The notes under the pieces were generated by a model. That model saw only the letters and a list, made by a program, of their open reading frames with translations. It was not told the DNA's origin and did not search any database. A stretch of 35,280 nt of DNA from NCBI RefSeq assembly GCF_006345805.1, contig NW_021828050.1, positions 1-35,280 on the forward strand, in the 5' to 3' direction. This DNA is from Octopus sinensis (Eukaryota). The translations under genes were made by a program, and so were the position numbers. Shown piece by piece: positions 10,931 through 21,340 of this stretch (the first letter of the stretch is position 1; each line of letters begins with the position of its first letter).

Positions 10931-11004
10931 CGTATTTCTCTACCTACATAGACGGATAGATATCGAAAGATATACGTATACATATAATCTAATACATGCA
11001 ATAC

Positions 11005-11087
<83 letters not shown>

Positions 11088-11089
<2 letters not shown>

Positions 11090-11220
11090 ACGTTCTTCTT
11101 TCAGGTTCCGTCTACCAAATCCACTCACAAGGCAGTTTCCCAAGATGCCACACAGTGGGACAGAACACGGAACCATATTTTTCGGAAGCAACTTCTTGCC
11201 AGACAGCCACTCCTGCGCCC
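11088..11220 (-). mobile_element. SINE family 1 head and CORE region followed by (AT)n
   Basis: Reverse complement GGCTGTCTGGCAAGAAGTTGCTTCCG...GGTTCCGTGTTCTGTCCCACTGTGTGGCATCTTGGGAAAC...GTGAGTGGATTTGGTAGACGGAACCTGAAAGAAG. Confidence 0.85.
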
Positions 11221-11222
11221 AA

Positions 11223-11309
<87 letters not shown>

Positions 11310-11450
11310 TGTGTTTGTGTGTGTGTGTGTGTATAGTATTCATCAAAACTGTCCGACGAACGTGAACCTGAAACCCTGAGTAACAGTTCTGTGAATATTT
11401 TGCTGCTTTTATAATGAAGTGTATTATACATATATATATACATATACATA

Positions 11451-11531
<81 letters not shown>

Positions 11532-12084
11532 TATCGCTCCTCATTCATTACTATATGGGAGCTTCGTAATACGGTCAATATCACCTTAAGTGATGTAGGC
11601 TTCAGGAAGCAATGAATAGTCATTTTGTTTCTTACTTTCACTTTTGTTTTTCCCCAGTTTTTTTCTTCTTCTCCTGGCTTTCATATCTAGTCACTTCATT
11701 TCACATAACTTCAAATGTATTATATTGAAACTATAGTTAATGGTTGGGATGGCTAGTATATTAATATGTATAACCTATTCGTTTTTAGTTCTTATCTTAA
11801 TAGAATATTCTAGCATTTTATATCCTTACAGCGTTATATATTACACTCTTTTTGTTTCATTTAGGAATTTTTTCCAAATTTTATATTTCTACAGTACTTT
11901 CTGAGTTTTAATATCTCTTCTGTGTCTCATATATGTTTCTTGTTTTTACATCCATTTTTTTTTTGGGGGGGGAGGTGCTTCAGGGTTTTTTTCTCTTAGT
12001 TTCTGTTACTTTTTGTTTTTTTATCTATAAAGTAGTGGCTTGACTGTTAAACCTCTGTTGGTGAAAATCTGTCTGATATGGGTT

Positions 12085-12410
12085 CAAGCATCACTGTGTA
12101 GTTATGAAGCGCGCCTTGCAACAATGTAGTTTTCAGTTCAGTCCCACTGTGCTCCAACTTGAGCAGGAGTCTTCTAGCATAATCGCAGGCAGAACAAGGC
12201 CTTTTGAAGGAATTTTTATAGGCACAAAATGTGTGCAAGTTCATCATATATATATGCATAACGGTGTTGGTTTGTTTACGTCTCCGTAACAGTTCGCCAA
12301 AGGAAACGATAGAACAACAACCAGGCTATAAAATTATGTACTAACATCAACTAAATCTTCCATTGCGATCTTGCAGCATAGTCGTAGTGCCACGACCGAA
12401 ATATATGAAT
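12085..12410 (+). mobile_element. Highly decayed SINE family 1 copy
   Basis: TTCAGTTCAGTCCCACTGTG...GTCTTCTAGCAT...AAGGCCTTTTGA, then TTTACGTCTCCGTAACAGTTCGCCAAAG. Confidence 0.55.
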
Positions 12411-12464
12411 AAAAGATTATCTTAGTTAGATTTACCCTGATTACGTTTTATTATTAGTTTTCTC

Positions 12465-12670
12465 TAATCTGGCAGAATCGCTTGTCCATCAGATAAAAAG
12501 GTCAGCAGAATTCCTTCTGACTATATGTTTCTAAATTCAAACTCCTGATGAGGACAACTTCGCCTTTCATCGTTTCAGGGTCGATGAAATGGGTATCGGT
12601 CCAGTACTAGGCTTGATATAATCAACTAACCCCCTCCCCCGCCAAAATTTCAGGCCCTTACCTATACTAT
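12465..12670 (+). mobile_element. Decayed SINE family 2 copy (tail type 2)
   Basis: CTGGCAGAATCG...CTTCGCCTTTCATCGTTTCAGGGTCGATGAAA...CCCTCCCCCGCCAAAATTTCAGGCC. Confidence 0.65.
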
Positions 12671-13234
12671 AAAGGATGAATAATGCTCTTTGGAATACGG
12701 CAAGCTGGTTGAATCGTCGGAAAATACAATTTCAGGTATTCAAATAACAGGAATGTCAGCTTTACTTCTAATCTTCCTGGGCTCGATAAAATTAGTACAG
12801 TCCAGAATTGCGTCGATGGTATCGACTTAAGATATCGACTTATGCAAAATTTCACTCTTCTCAAAAGTGATGGTCGTGTATTTGAATCAGAAGCTAATTT
12901 TAGATGTCTTAAGACGGCACCTGACAAAATCATTAAAACGGTGGATGCAATGTTTGGCAATAATTATTTATTTAATTATTTATTCCTTTATTTTAGCCTT
13001 TTATGCTTTGAGTTCAAATGGAACTGTGCTGACGACATTCCTACATCCAGTACTAATAAAATAAAGCAACATCCAAGTATTGCAATACTATTGTATCGAT
13101 AAAGCTTCTTCCAAGGAAATTACTCGTCTTGTTCCTAAATCAAAGCTATCATAAGAATATTCTGTTTGTATGCTGGAATGGTGGGCCTATTAGAGCGAAA
13201 GACAAAATGATTTGCAGTACTTGTTTCAGCCTAT

Positions 13235-13676
13235 GGCGGAGAACTGGCAAGAACGTTAGAACGCCGGGCGAAATGCTTGGTGGTATTTTGTCTGCCGCTA
13301 CGTTCTCAGTTCAAATTCCGCCGAGGTCGACTTTGCCTGTCATCCTTTCGGGGTCGATTAAATAAATACCAGTTACGCACTGAAGTCCATGTAATAGACT
13401 TTATCCGTTTGTCTGTCCTTCTTTCTCCTCTCTGTGTTTAGCCCCTTGTGGGTAGTAAAGAAATAAGTATTTCGTCTGTGTTCACGTTCTGAGTTCGAGT
13501 TCCGCCAAGTTCGACTTTGCCTTTCATTCTTTCGGGGTCGATTAAATAAGTACCGGTTACGCACTGGGGTCGATATAATCGACTTAATCCATTTGTTTGT
13601 ATTGCTTGTTCCCTCTGTGTGTAGCCCCTTGTGGGCAGTAAAGAAATCGGTATATCGTCTGCCGTTACGTTCTGCA
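13235..13676 (+). mobile_element. SINE family 2 multimer: one head, two ~184-bp units and the start of a third
   Basis: GTATTTTG/GTATTTCG/GTATATCG unit starts at ~13283, 13467 and 13650, each later one preceded by AGTAAAGAAAT. Confidence 0.9.
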
Positions 13677-13821
13677 AACCCGTGGTATTGAGCAGAATAT
13701 TTGCCGTAGGCCATCTTTTATACCAAGACAAAACAATGTACATGATAACACTTCCAATCAGTTAAGATCAGCAGTCATGAGAGCCACTGTCTGGTACTGC
13801 ATCTGGACATTATTATTATCA

Positions 13822-13859
<38 letters not shown>

Positions 13860-13900
13860 TTATTATTATTATTATATTATTATTATTATTAATATTATTA
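13677..13900 (+). mobile_element. 3' end of a retroposon with an (ATT)n tail
   Basis: Unique-looking segment ending CTGGTACTGCATCTGGACATTATTATT; a reverse-complement match to this terminus, also next to (AAT)n, occurs at 2781-2800. Confidence 0.5.
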
Positions 13901-14049
13901 GTCATCTTTAAGTTCTGAGTTCAAATTCTGCGAAGGTGCATTTTGCATTTCATCCTTTCGGGGTCGATGAAATAGGTACCAACTGAGTACTGAGGTAATC
14001 AACAATCTCCTCCCCACAAATTTCAGGCCTTGTGTGTCTAGTACGGAAG

Positions 14050-14067
14050 GATTGTTATTAATATTAC

Positions 14068-14105
<38 letters not shown>

Positions 14106-14131
14106 ATATTATTATTATTATTAGTATTATT

Positions 14132-14216
<85 letters not shown>

Positions 14217-14400
14217 CTAGAAGCAGCAGCAGCAGCGGTAATACCGGTAGTAGCAGCTGCATCAAGGGAGGAGGAGGAACAAAATTACATAGTATTAGTA
14301 AGAGTGATAATGCTACCGTTACTCTAACTGCTCCTACTACTACAACAACAACTACTACTACTATTACTACTACTACTACTACTACTACTACACTATGTAC
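14050..14400. repeat. Compound (ATT)n-(AGT)n-(AGC)n-(ACT)n microsatellite
   Basis: Direct reading. Confidence 0.95.
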
Positions 14401-14539
14401 CACTACAAATACTTCAATTGCCACTATGATGTTTGATTCTGAATTCTGTTGCAGTTTCAAGCGACTGTCGTTGTTGTTGCTGTTGTTGTTATTGTTTTTG
14501 TTGTTTCTGATGCTGCTGATACCGTAGATGCAGATAATG

Positions 14540-14792
14540 AAAATGATGATGATGATGACGATGATGATGATGACGATGATGATGATGATGCTGATGATGA
14601 TGATGATGATGATGATGATGACGACGACGATGATGATGATGACGATGATGATGATGACGATGATGATGATGACGACGATGATGATGATGATGATGATGAT
14701 AATGATGATGATGATGATGACGATGATGATGATGACGATGATGATGATGATGACGATGATGATGATGACGATGATGATATGATGATGATGAC

Positions 14793-14839
<47 letters not shown>

Positions 14840-14840
14840 C
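14540..14840. repeat. (GAT)n microsatellite with GAC interruptions
   Basis: Direct reading. Confidence 0.95.
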
Positions 14841-15079
14841 GACGCGGCTGACGTTCACTTAGCCGCTTTGCGATTTATTTAGCAAAATATCGTATTACTT
14901 CCTTGCTAAAGAGGTAAGTTCTCAGCATTCGATTTCGGATTAAAATCGATATTAATAGATGAAGCCTGAGAAGATGTATTGCACAGGTACACGTACAGCT
15001 TATTGCGCAATTAGTTCTAGTGTGAACTTCATGTGCTGTCTAACGCCCACATTTCAATTACATAAGCACACACACACAC

Positions 15080-15134
<55 letters not shown>

Positions 15135-15135
<1 letters not shown>

Positions 15136-15460
15136 TGTTACTCTTTAACTTGTTTCAGTCATTTGACTGTGGCCATGCTGGAGCAGCGCCTTTAGTCGAG
15201 CAAAACGACCTCAGGAATTATTCTTTTGAAGCTTAGTACTTATTCTATTGGCCTCTTTTTGCCGAACTGCTAAGTTACGGGAACGTAAACACGCCAGCAT
15301 CGGTTGTCAAGCGATGTTGGGAGACAAACACAGACACACAAACATATACACACACACACATACAAACATATATACGACAAGGCTTTGGTCGACCCGAGGT
15401 TATAGTAGAAGACAATTGCCCAAGGTGTCACACATTGGTACTGAACCCGGAACCATGTAA
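15135..15460 (-). mobile_element. SINE family 1, 3' body plus internal (CA)n plus part of the head
   Basis: TTTCAGTCATTTGACTGTGGCCATGCTGGAGC...CAAGGCTTTGGTCGACCCGAGGTTATAGTAGAAGACAATTGCCCAAGGTG...GAACCCGGAACCATGT. Confidence 0.9.
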
Positions 15461-15462
15461 TT

Positions 15463-16150
15463 CACGATAATCCACAGGGGCGAGCAAGGCCGGCAGCGGA
15501 AATACCACCTCGGTATTTTATAAGGAGATGGTAGTCTATAAGAGCGATGACGTCCTGCGAGAACCAGCTAGCCAACCTGTTTCATAAACCTTCAGGTCGG
15601 GGTATTTGGATAATTACCAACGATCCCTTACCTGGCAGTGTTACAGGGATGCATTACCTGTCCGCGATAAATTGTCCAGGCACGGAATATCAGTGCCACC
15701 GGCATACCCAAGGTGCGGACAGGACATGGAAACTGTCCTGCACGCACTTGAACAGTGCCCGGAGCTTTCGGGCTTGATGATTTACGTAGAACACGTGTTG
15801 TCGCACTTGAGAAGAGTACATCTAGCAGTTGAGTCTGTTATAAAGATTGTTCTGCCCACCGTACTATCAAAGGAAGGTGAGGCATGTTTTCTGTGTGCAG
15901 TCGCAGTGATGAAAGAGTGTGCACGGAGAACAAGAATGCAAGAAATCGTGACAGGATCCTTCATCTCCGGCCCTGGTTTGCTATTCTACTTCTGGTACCA
16001 TGTGAAGAGCAAGATAGGGCTGGAGAGGAGACGCCTGTCGCAAAGTATATGAGAAAGGATGGAAGGATGTCGGGAGGAGGTTGGGAGTGACTGTCCCTAC
16101 TTAATTCCACCCATGGTAAAAGCAAGCTGTAGTTGCTGTTTTTCCGGCCA
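15463..16150 (+). pseudogene. 5'-truncated L1/Tx1-like LINE remnant, ORF2 C-terminal zinc-binding (zf-RVT-like) region
   Basis: ORF 15606-16052 reads WQCYRDALPVRDKL...YPRCGQDMETVLHALEQCP, matching LPxRxxL...CxxC..ET..H...C with the first Cys changed to Tyr; in-frame stop upstream at 15585-15587. Confidence 0.8.
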
Positions 16151-16181
16151 TAGTATTGCGAAAATAAACTTGTGAAAATTT

Positions 16182-16232
<51 letters not shown>

Positions 16233-16457
16233 CCACATATATGATTAATCGAAATTTTAATTATAAGCTCACTCAGCACATTCATATGTTAATAACGTCC
16301 TTTATTGTCCTTCTTTGTAAAAGATATTTATTATCACAATAAAGAAATTGGTGATTATCAGACACCGTCCCCTATGGGACTCCAAAATTTAGGTGGCAAA
16401 TATATATCATGATTCCGTGCTTCTACTGTAAACTTCTCGCTCAGAGAGTTACTATTG

Positions 16458-16518
<61 letters not shown>

Positions 16519-16908
16519 AAAGGGTAATCAGAAATATTAGAAATGTTCATTACCAGTGGCGTAGCGTGTAAAAATTTAGTCAATAGATTTGAAAACTTAG
16601 AATGTATAAGCACGGGGCATATACTGGATTGCCTCGTGTATATATATTTATCTAAGGTGTACCTGCAGAAGAAGGCTTCGCCTAGCAAATTATTTTATTT
16701 ACTAAACAAAGTCTGAAACCATTGGTCCAGGAGTCAGATGGTAAATGTTTATATTTTTCATTCCCTTCGAAATTTTATCCCTAATAGTGGTTTGGAATTT
16801 AACTGGTCTCTCTAGCGTGCAAGGAGTCCTATGATGGATTCCTCTTATGAATTTCAATGTATTCTCTACTTATATACACACACAACACACACACACACAC
16901 ACACACAC

Positions 16909-16990
<82 letters not shown>

Positions 16991-17912
16991 TATATATAAT
17001 TGTTTTTATGTCAAATAAACAAAAAAATTACAAGTACTACGCAAGGCTCTGATTATATAATTTACAAAGAAAAGCTGATTGTAACTTCGCAGGCTCTACT
17101 TGCTTACCATCATTAGAATCTTTAGCTTTGGAATTTTGGAATGATGCGTTAGTAGACTTTATTTCTTATACGAGGCTTTAAATTTCTATATTCATTATTG
17201 AACAGCACTGCCTGAATTTTACTACCTATTTTCTACATCCATCCCGTTGCGGTACTTCATTGATTCAGGAAATTTGTAGATGGATTAATTCTAGCTCGGT
17301 TCTTATTAACTGAACTGTTACCTTCAGAGTAGCGATTTTACGACAGACATTCGATACTAAATACGACACTTATTACTTGCTGTTAGGAAAACCAACGTCT
17401 TTGAAAGTTCAATTTATATCGTAATATTTCCCGAGTTGTGGGCGTGAATGTTAACTTCGAAGAAACGAATGTTATTAACTTTCAATTCGTGCAATAATTG
17501 AAATAGTGAATGATTTTGTAATGGCCCCTTCTTGTCCAACAATTGTTTCGCATCTTGAACAACTAATTCTATAAATCATCAGCATATCTTCAATACGTTC
17601 ACGTCAATATAACTCTCTTGCTACAATGATAATTTCCGTACTTTTCCGGTAAAAGATTGTAATTTAATTTCGTTTTTGGATTTGATTTTCTTTATATGAG
17701 TTCGTGTGTTGAAGCATATTCTGTTGCGTCTGGGGAGAGCCATATATATATATATATATATTATATATATTATATATATGCCCTCTATATATAAATTAAT
17801 ATGTTCAATAAGAAATAATTATTTTCGAAATTTTTTCTCTTATGAGGTTTTTACGCTATCTACCTGACAATTTCTTGTTAAGTTTTCCTTATTAAGTAGT
17901 TGTCCTTAATTG

Positions 17913-17986
<74 letters not shown>

Positions 17987-18127
17987 GTAAATGTGCGTAT
18001 ATATTTACAATGTTTGTGTATGAGTCTGTGTATGTGTTCATGCATTTATAAATGAGTGAGTCTTACAACCGACACGCTGAACTTCTTCAAACAAAGACTT
18101 TTCCAATATTTGTTATGCAATTAGCAA

Positions 18128-19310
18128 GGCGGCGAGCTGGTAGGAACGTTAGCACGCCGGGCGAAGTGCCTAACGGTATTTCGTCTGCCGTTACGTTCTG
18201 AGTTCAAATTCAACCGAGGTCGACTTTGCCTTTCATCATTTCGGGGTCGATTAAATAAGTACCAGTTACGAACTGGGGTCGATATAATCGACTTAATCCC
18301 TTTGTCTGTCCTTTTTGTCCTCTCTGTGCTTAGCCCCCTCTGGGTAGTAAAGAAATAGGTATTTCGTCTGCTGCTACGTTCTGAGTTCAAATTCCGCCGA
18401 GGTTGACTTTGCCTTTCATCCTTTCGGATTCGATTAAATAAGTACCAGTTACGCCCTGGAGTCGATATAATCGACTTAATCCGTTTGTCTATCCTTGTTT
18501 GTCCTCTCTGTGTTGAGCCTCTTGTAGGTAGTTAAGAAATAGGTATTTCATCCGCCACTACGTTCTGAGTTCAAATTCTGCCGAGGTTGACCTTGCCTTT
18601 CATCCTTTCGGGGTCGATAAATTTAGTACCAGATACACATTGGGGTCGATGTGATCGATTTAACCCCTCTGTTTATCCTTGTTTGTCCTCTTTATGTTTA
18701 ACCCCTTGTGGACAATAAAGAAATAAGTAACGTTAGGACGCCAGGCGAAATGCATAGCAGTATTTCGCCTACCGTTACGTTCTGAGTTCAAATTCTGTCG
18801 AGGTCGACTTTGCCTTTCATCATTTCAGTGTTGATAAATTAAGTACCAGTTACGTACTGGGTTCGGTGTAATAGACATAATCCCTTTGTCTGTCCTTGTT
18901 TGTCCCCTCTATGTTTAGTTCTTGTGGGCAATAGAGAAATAAATATATGTTATGTAATTAGCAACTCGACGAGCTGGTAGAAACGTTAGTACACCGGCGA
19001 AATACTTAGCGGTGTTTCGTCTGCTGTTACGTTCTGAGTTGAAATTCAACCGAGGTCGACTTTGCCTTTCATCCTTTCGGGGTCGATAAAATAAATACCA
19101 GTTGCGTACTGTAGTCGCTCTAATCCACTGTCTCCCTCCCGCCAAAATTTCAGCTCTTTACGTTCTGAGTTCAAATTCAGCCGAGGTCGACTTTGCTTTT
19201 CATCCTTTCAAACTCTACAAATTATATACCAGCTGCGTATTGGGGTGGATCTAATCGACTTGCCCCCTCCCCCAAAATTTCGGGCCTTGTACCTAGAGTA
19301 GAAAAGAATA
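18128..19310 (+). mobile_element. Cluster of at least six co-oriented SINE family 2 units or copies
   Basis: Head at 18128; units at ~18176, 18359 and 18543; a restart at AACGTTAGGACGCC ~18729; further copies at ~18961 and ~19157. Confidence 0.9.
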
Positions 19311-19779
19311 TTTGTTATACTATGATTTACAAACACTTCTTGTTTTCCTCCTGTCGTCTTAAATGCAGTGAACTAAATCCATTGATCGTCAAATTTAATC
19401 TATAGATTTTTTAAGAATTATCTATGTTTTCCGGAGACGCGTGTGAAAATCGCCGCTCATTAGGCAATACAACTTTGGGATTTATACTCATAACATAAAC
19501 CTATACCAGCTGCGTACTGGGGTGGATCTAATCGACTTGCCCCCTCCCCCAAAATTTCGGGCCTTGTACCTAGAGTAGAAAAGAATATTTGTTATACTAT
19601 GATTTACAAACACTTCTTGTTTTCCTCCTGTCGTCTTAAATGCAGTGAACTAAATCCATTGATCGTCAAATTTAATCTATAGATTTTTTAAGAATTATCT
19701 ATGTTTTCCGGAGACGCGTGTGAAAATCGCCGCTCATTAGGCAATACAATTTTGGGATTTATACTCATAACATAAACCT
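19225..19779. repeat. Direct tandem duplication, 2 x ~277 bp
   Basis: TATACCAGCTGCGTA...CATAAACC occurs at 19225-19501 and again at 19502-19779; only two substitutions seen. Confidence 0.97.
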
Positions 19780-20484
19780 GCATTTCCATGAATAATTTTA
19801 TATCGATTCTGAATCAGAATCTTACAAATGAAATGTCCTCCTCCATCATATTACTGTAAACTTATGTATAATAGTTAAAATGAAGCAAAGACATCTTCGG
19901 TGCAGACATAGACAGCGCTTAACTTTGGACAATAAAGCAACATTAAGATTCCATCGAAATGAAACTAGAATTTGAAATTTCTGAAGAACTGTCCAATCTT
20001 TGGATAAAAGAATTAAGTATTCCTTGTAGCACCAATCACTTCAACCTTTCAATATTAATTTAACCTTGCAATATTAACCTCATTTGATTTTATTAATTAC
20101 ATACAACTTTCATAAAGAGTAGCACAATTTTCTATTGAAAACATTCTAAAGAGAAATATTGTTTAGCGTTTTAAATATCATTCTTTCGGCTGCATTAAGA
20201 AAAGACGATAAATTAGTAACACGTCTACAGAAAACAGACATTTCTTTTTAAAAAAAACACAGAAATATCGATTTTTTTTTTGCATTTAACTTCCTAGTAA
20301 CAAAGTAAAAGAATTTGTTTCTTTTTTTTATAAAAATTGGAAATTTCTCGATAATACAAAACTTTCTAAACTTATCATAAGGCGGTAAGAATTACGAAAA
20401 CAATAATGTTGTAGTCAGAACATCTTCAGAGAAAAAGGTCTCCTCATACAAGTTTTTCGCTCCTCCCACCACCAACAACAACGT

Positions 20485-20870
20485 GGAGGCGCAATGGCCC
20501 AATGGTTAGGGCAGCGGACTCGCGGTCGAAGGATCGCGGTTTCGATTCCCAGACCGAGCGTTGTGTCTGTTTATTGAGCGAAAACACCTAAAGCTCCACG
20601 ACGCTTCGGCAGGGGAGGGGTGGCGACTCCTGTTGTACTCTTTCGCTCCAACTTTCTCTCACTCTTTCTTCCTGTTTCTTGTCCCCGACTTCCTACGCAA
20701 CCGCTGAGCCTGGATGCGCATTCATCCATCCGTCGATGCTCTCGGTGTCGAGGGTTGACCTGCTTTCTCTTCTGCGGGTCTTACGAATAGCAAAGGACCA
20801 CGTTTCGAACTTCTCCCATCTTGCGAGCTCTGGGACGTAGACAGCAACAGCAAACACCAACAACAACAAC
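20485..20870 (+). mobile_element. tRNA-headed SINE (family 3), full length, (AAC)n tail
   Basis: GGAGGCGCAATGGCCCAATGGTTAGGGCAGCGG...GGTTTCGATTCCCAGACC head; ends CACCAACAACAACAAC. Confidence 0.88.
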
Positions 20871-20871
20871 A

Positions 20872-21238
20872 CCTTACATTGTAAGGATGCCAGGGGCCGC
20901 TTCCGGGTCATTACTCCTGGATATCCTTCTGCAGCCACATTTTGTACTACTGTCTGAGTTGCATCCCCACTCGATTAGTAAGATATACCAGGACCCCGGT
21001 ATCTTGGGTGCTGTAATCAATTCAATCAAAGACGGAACTGGGCTGTAGTGTTAATTATGACTTCTGAGGTACACTTCCGTTCCTCAGTAACTAGAACTAG
21101 TTGGAACGCTTCTCAGCTGCTTCTGCCATCGCTTTAAGAACGCTGGTTCTTAATTTCCCCATAAATTAAGAGACATTTAATGAGAAAACAGGCAGATTTG
21201 TCTACAAGCCATTTTGCACCTACTTCTGTAACGATGAT
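20872..21238 (-). pseudogene. 3' remnant of an RLE-type (HERO-like) non-LTR retrotransposon: ORF C-terminus plus probable 3' UTR
   Basis: Minus strand 21238-21055 translates to IIVTEVGAKWLVDKSACFLIKCLLIYGEIRTSVLKAMAEAAEKRSN*F*LLRNGSVPQKS*, matching the HERO-like C-terminal pattern EVGxRG..KS.....L...R...LK..AE.AE.SS.W.W..R (from memory). Confidence 0.68.
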
Positions 21239-21340
21239 TTAAATTATTATTTATTGAAGTGGTATTGCAGACTTGATTTGAATCATATCATCACGAACGA
21301 AATGTACGCCATCATATTGCCAACAAGCAAATGGTGCATT

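Noticed and set aside
12545-12590. CTGATGAG as a hammerhead core
   Set aside because: A mutated SINE segment (consensus CCGCCGAGG); no correctly placed stem II and GAAA.
14449-14862. ORF resembling a signal peptide plus poly-Asp (aspein-like acidic protein)
   Set aside because: Starts at TTG, is built from degenerate (GTT)n then (GAT)n, and slips into poly-Met; best explained as a microsatellite.
16555-16690. hAT-like start CAGTGGCGTAGC and two small hairpins (Helitron-like end)
   Set aside because: No matching second terminus or TSD; signals too short to assign.
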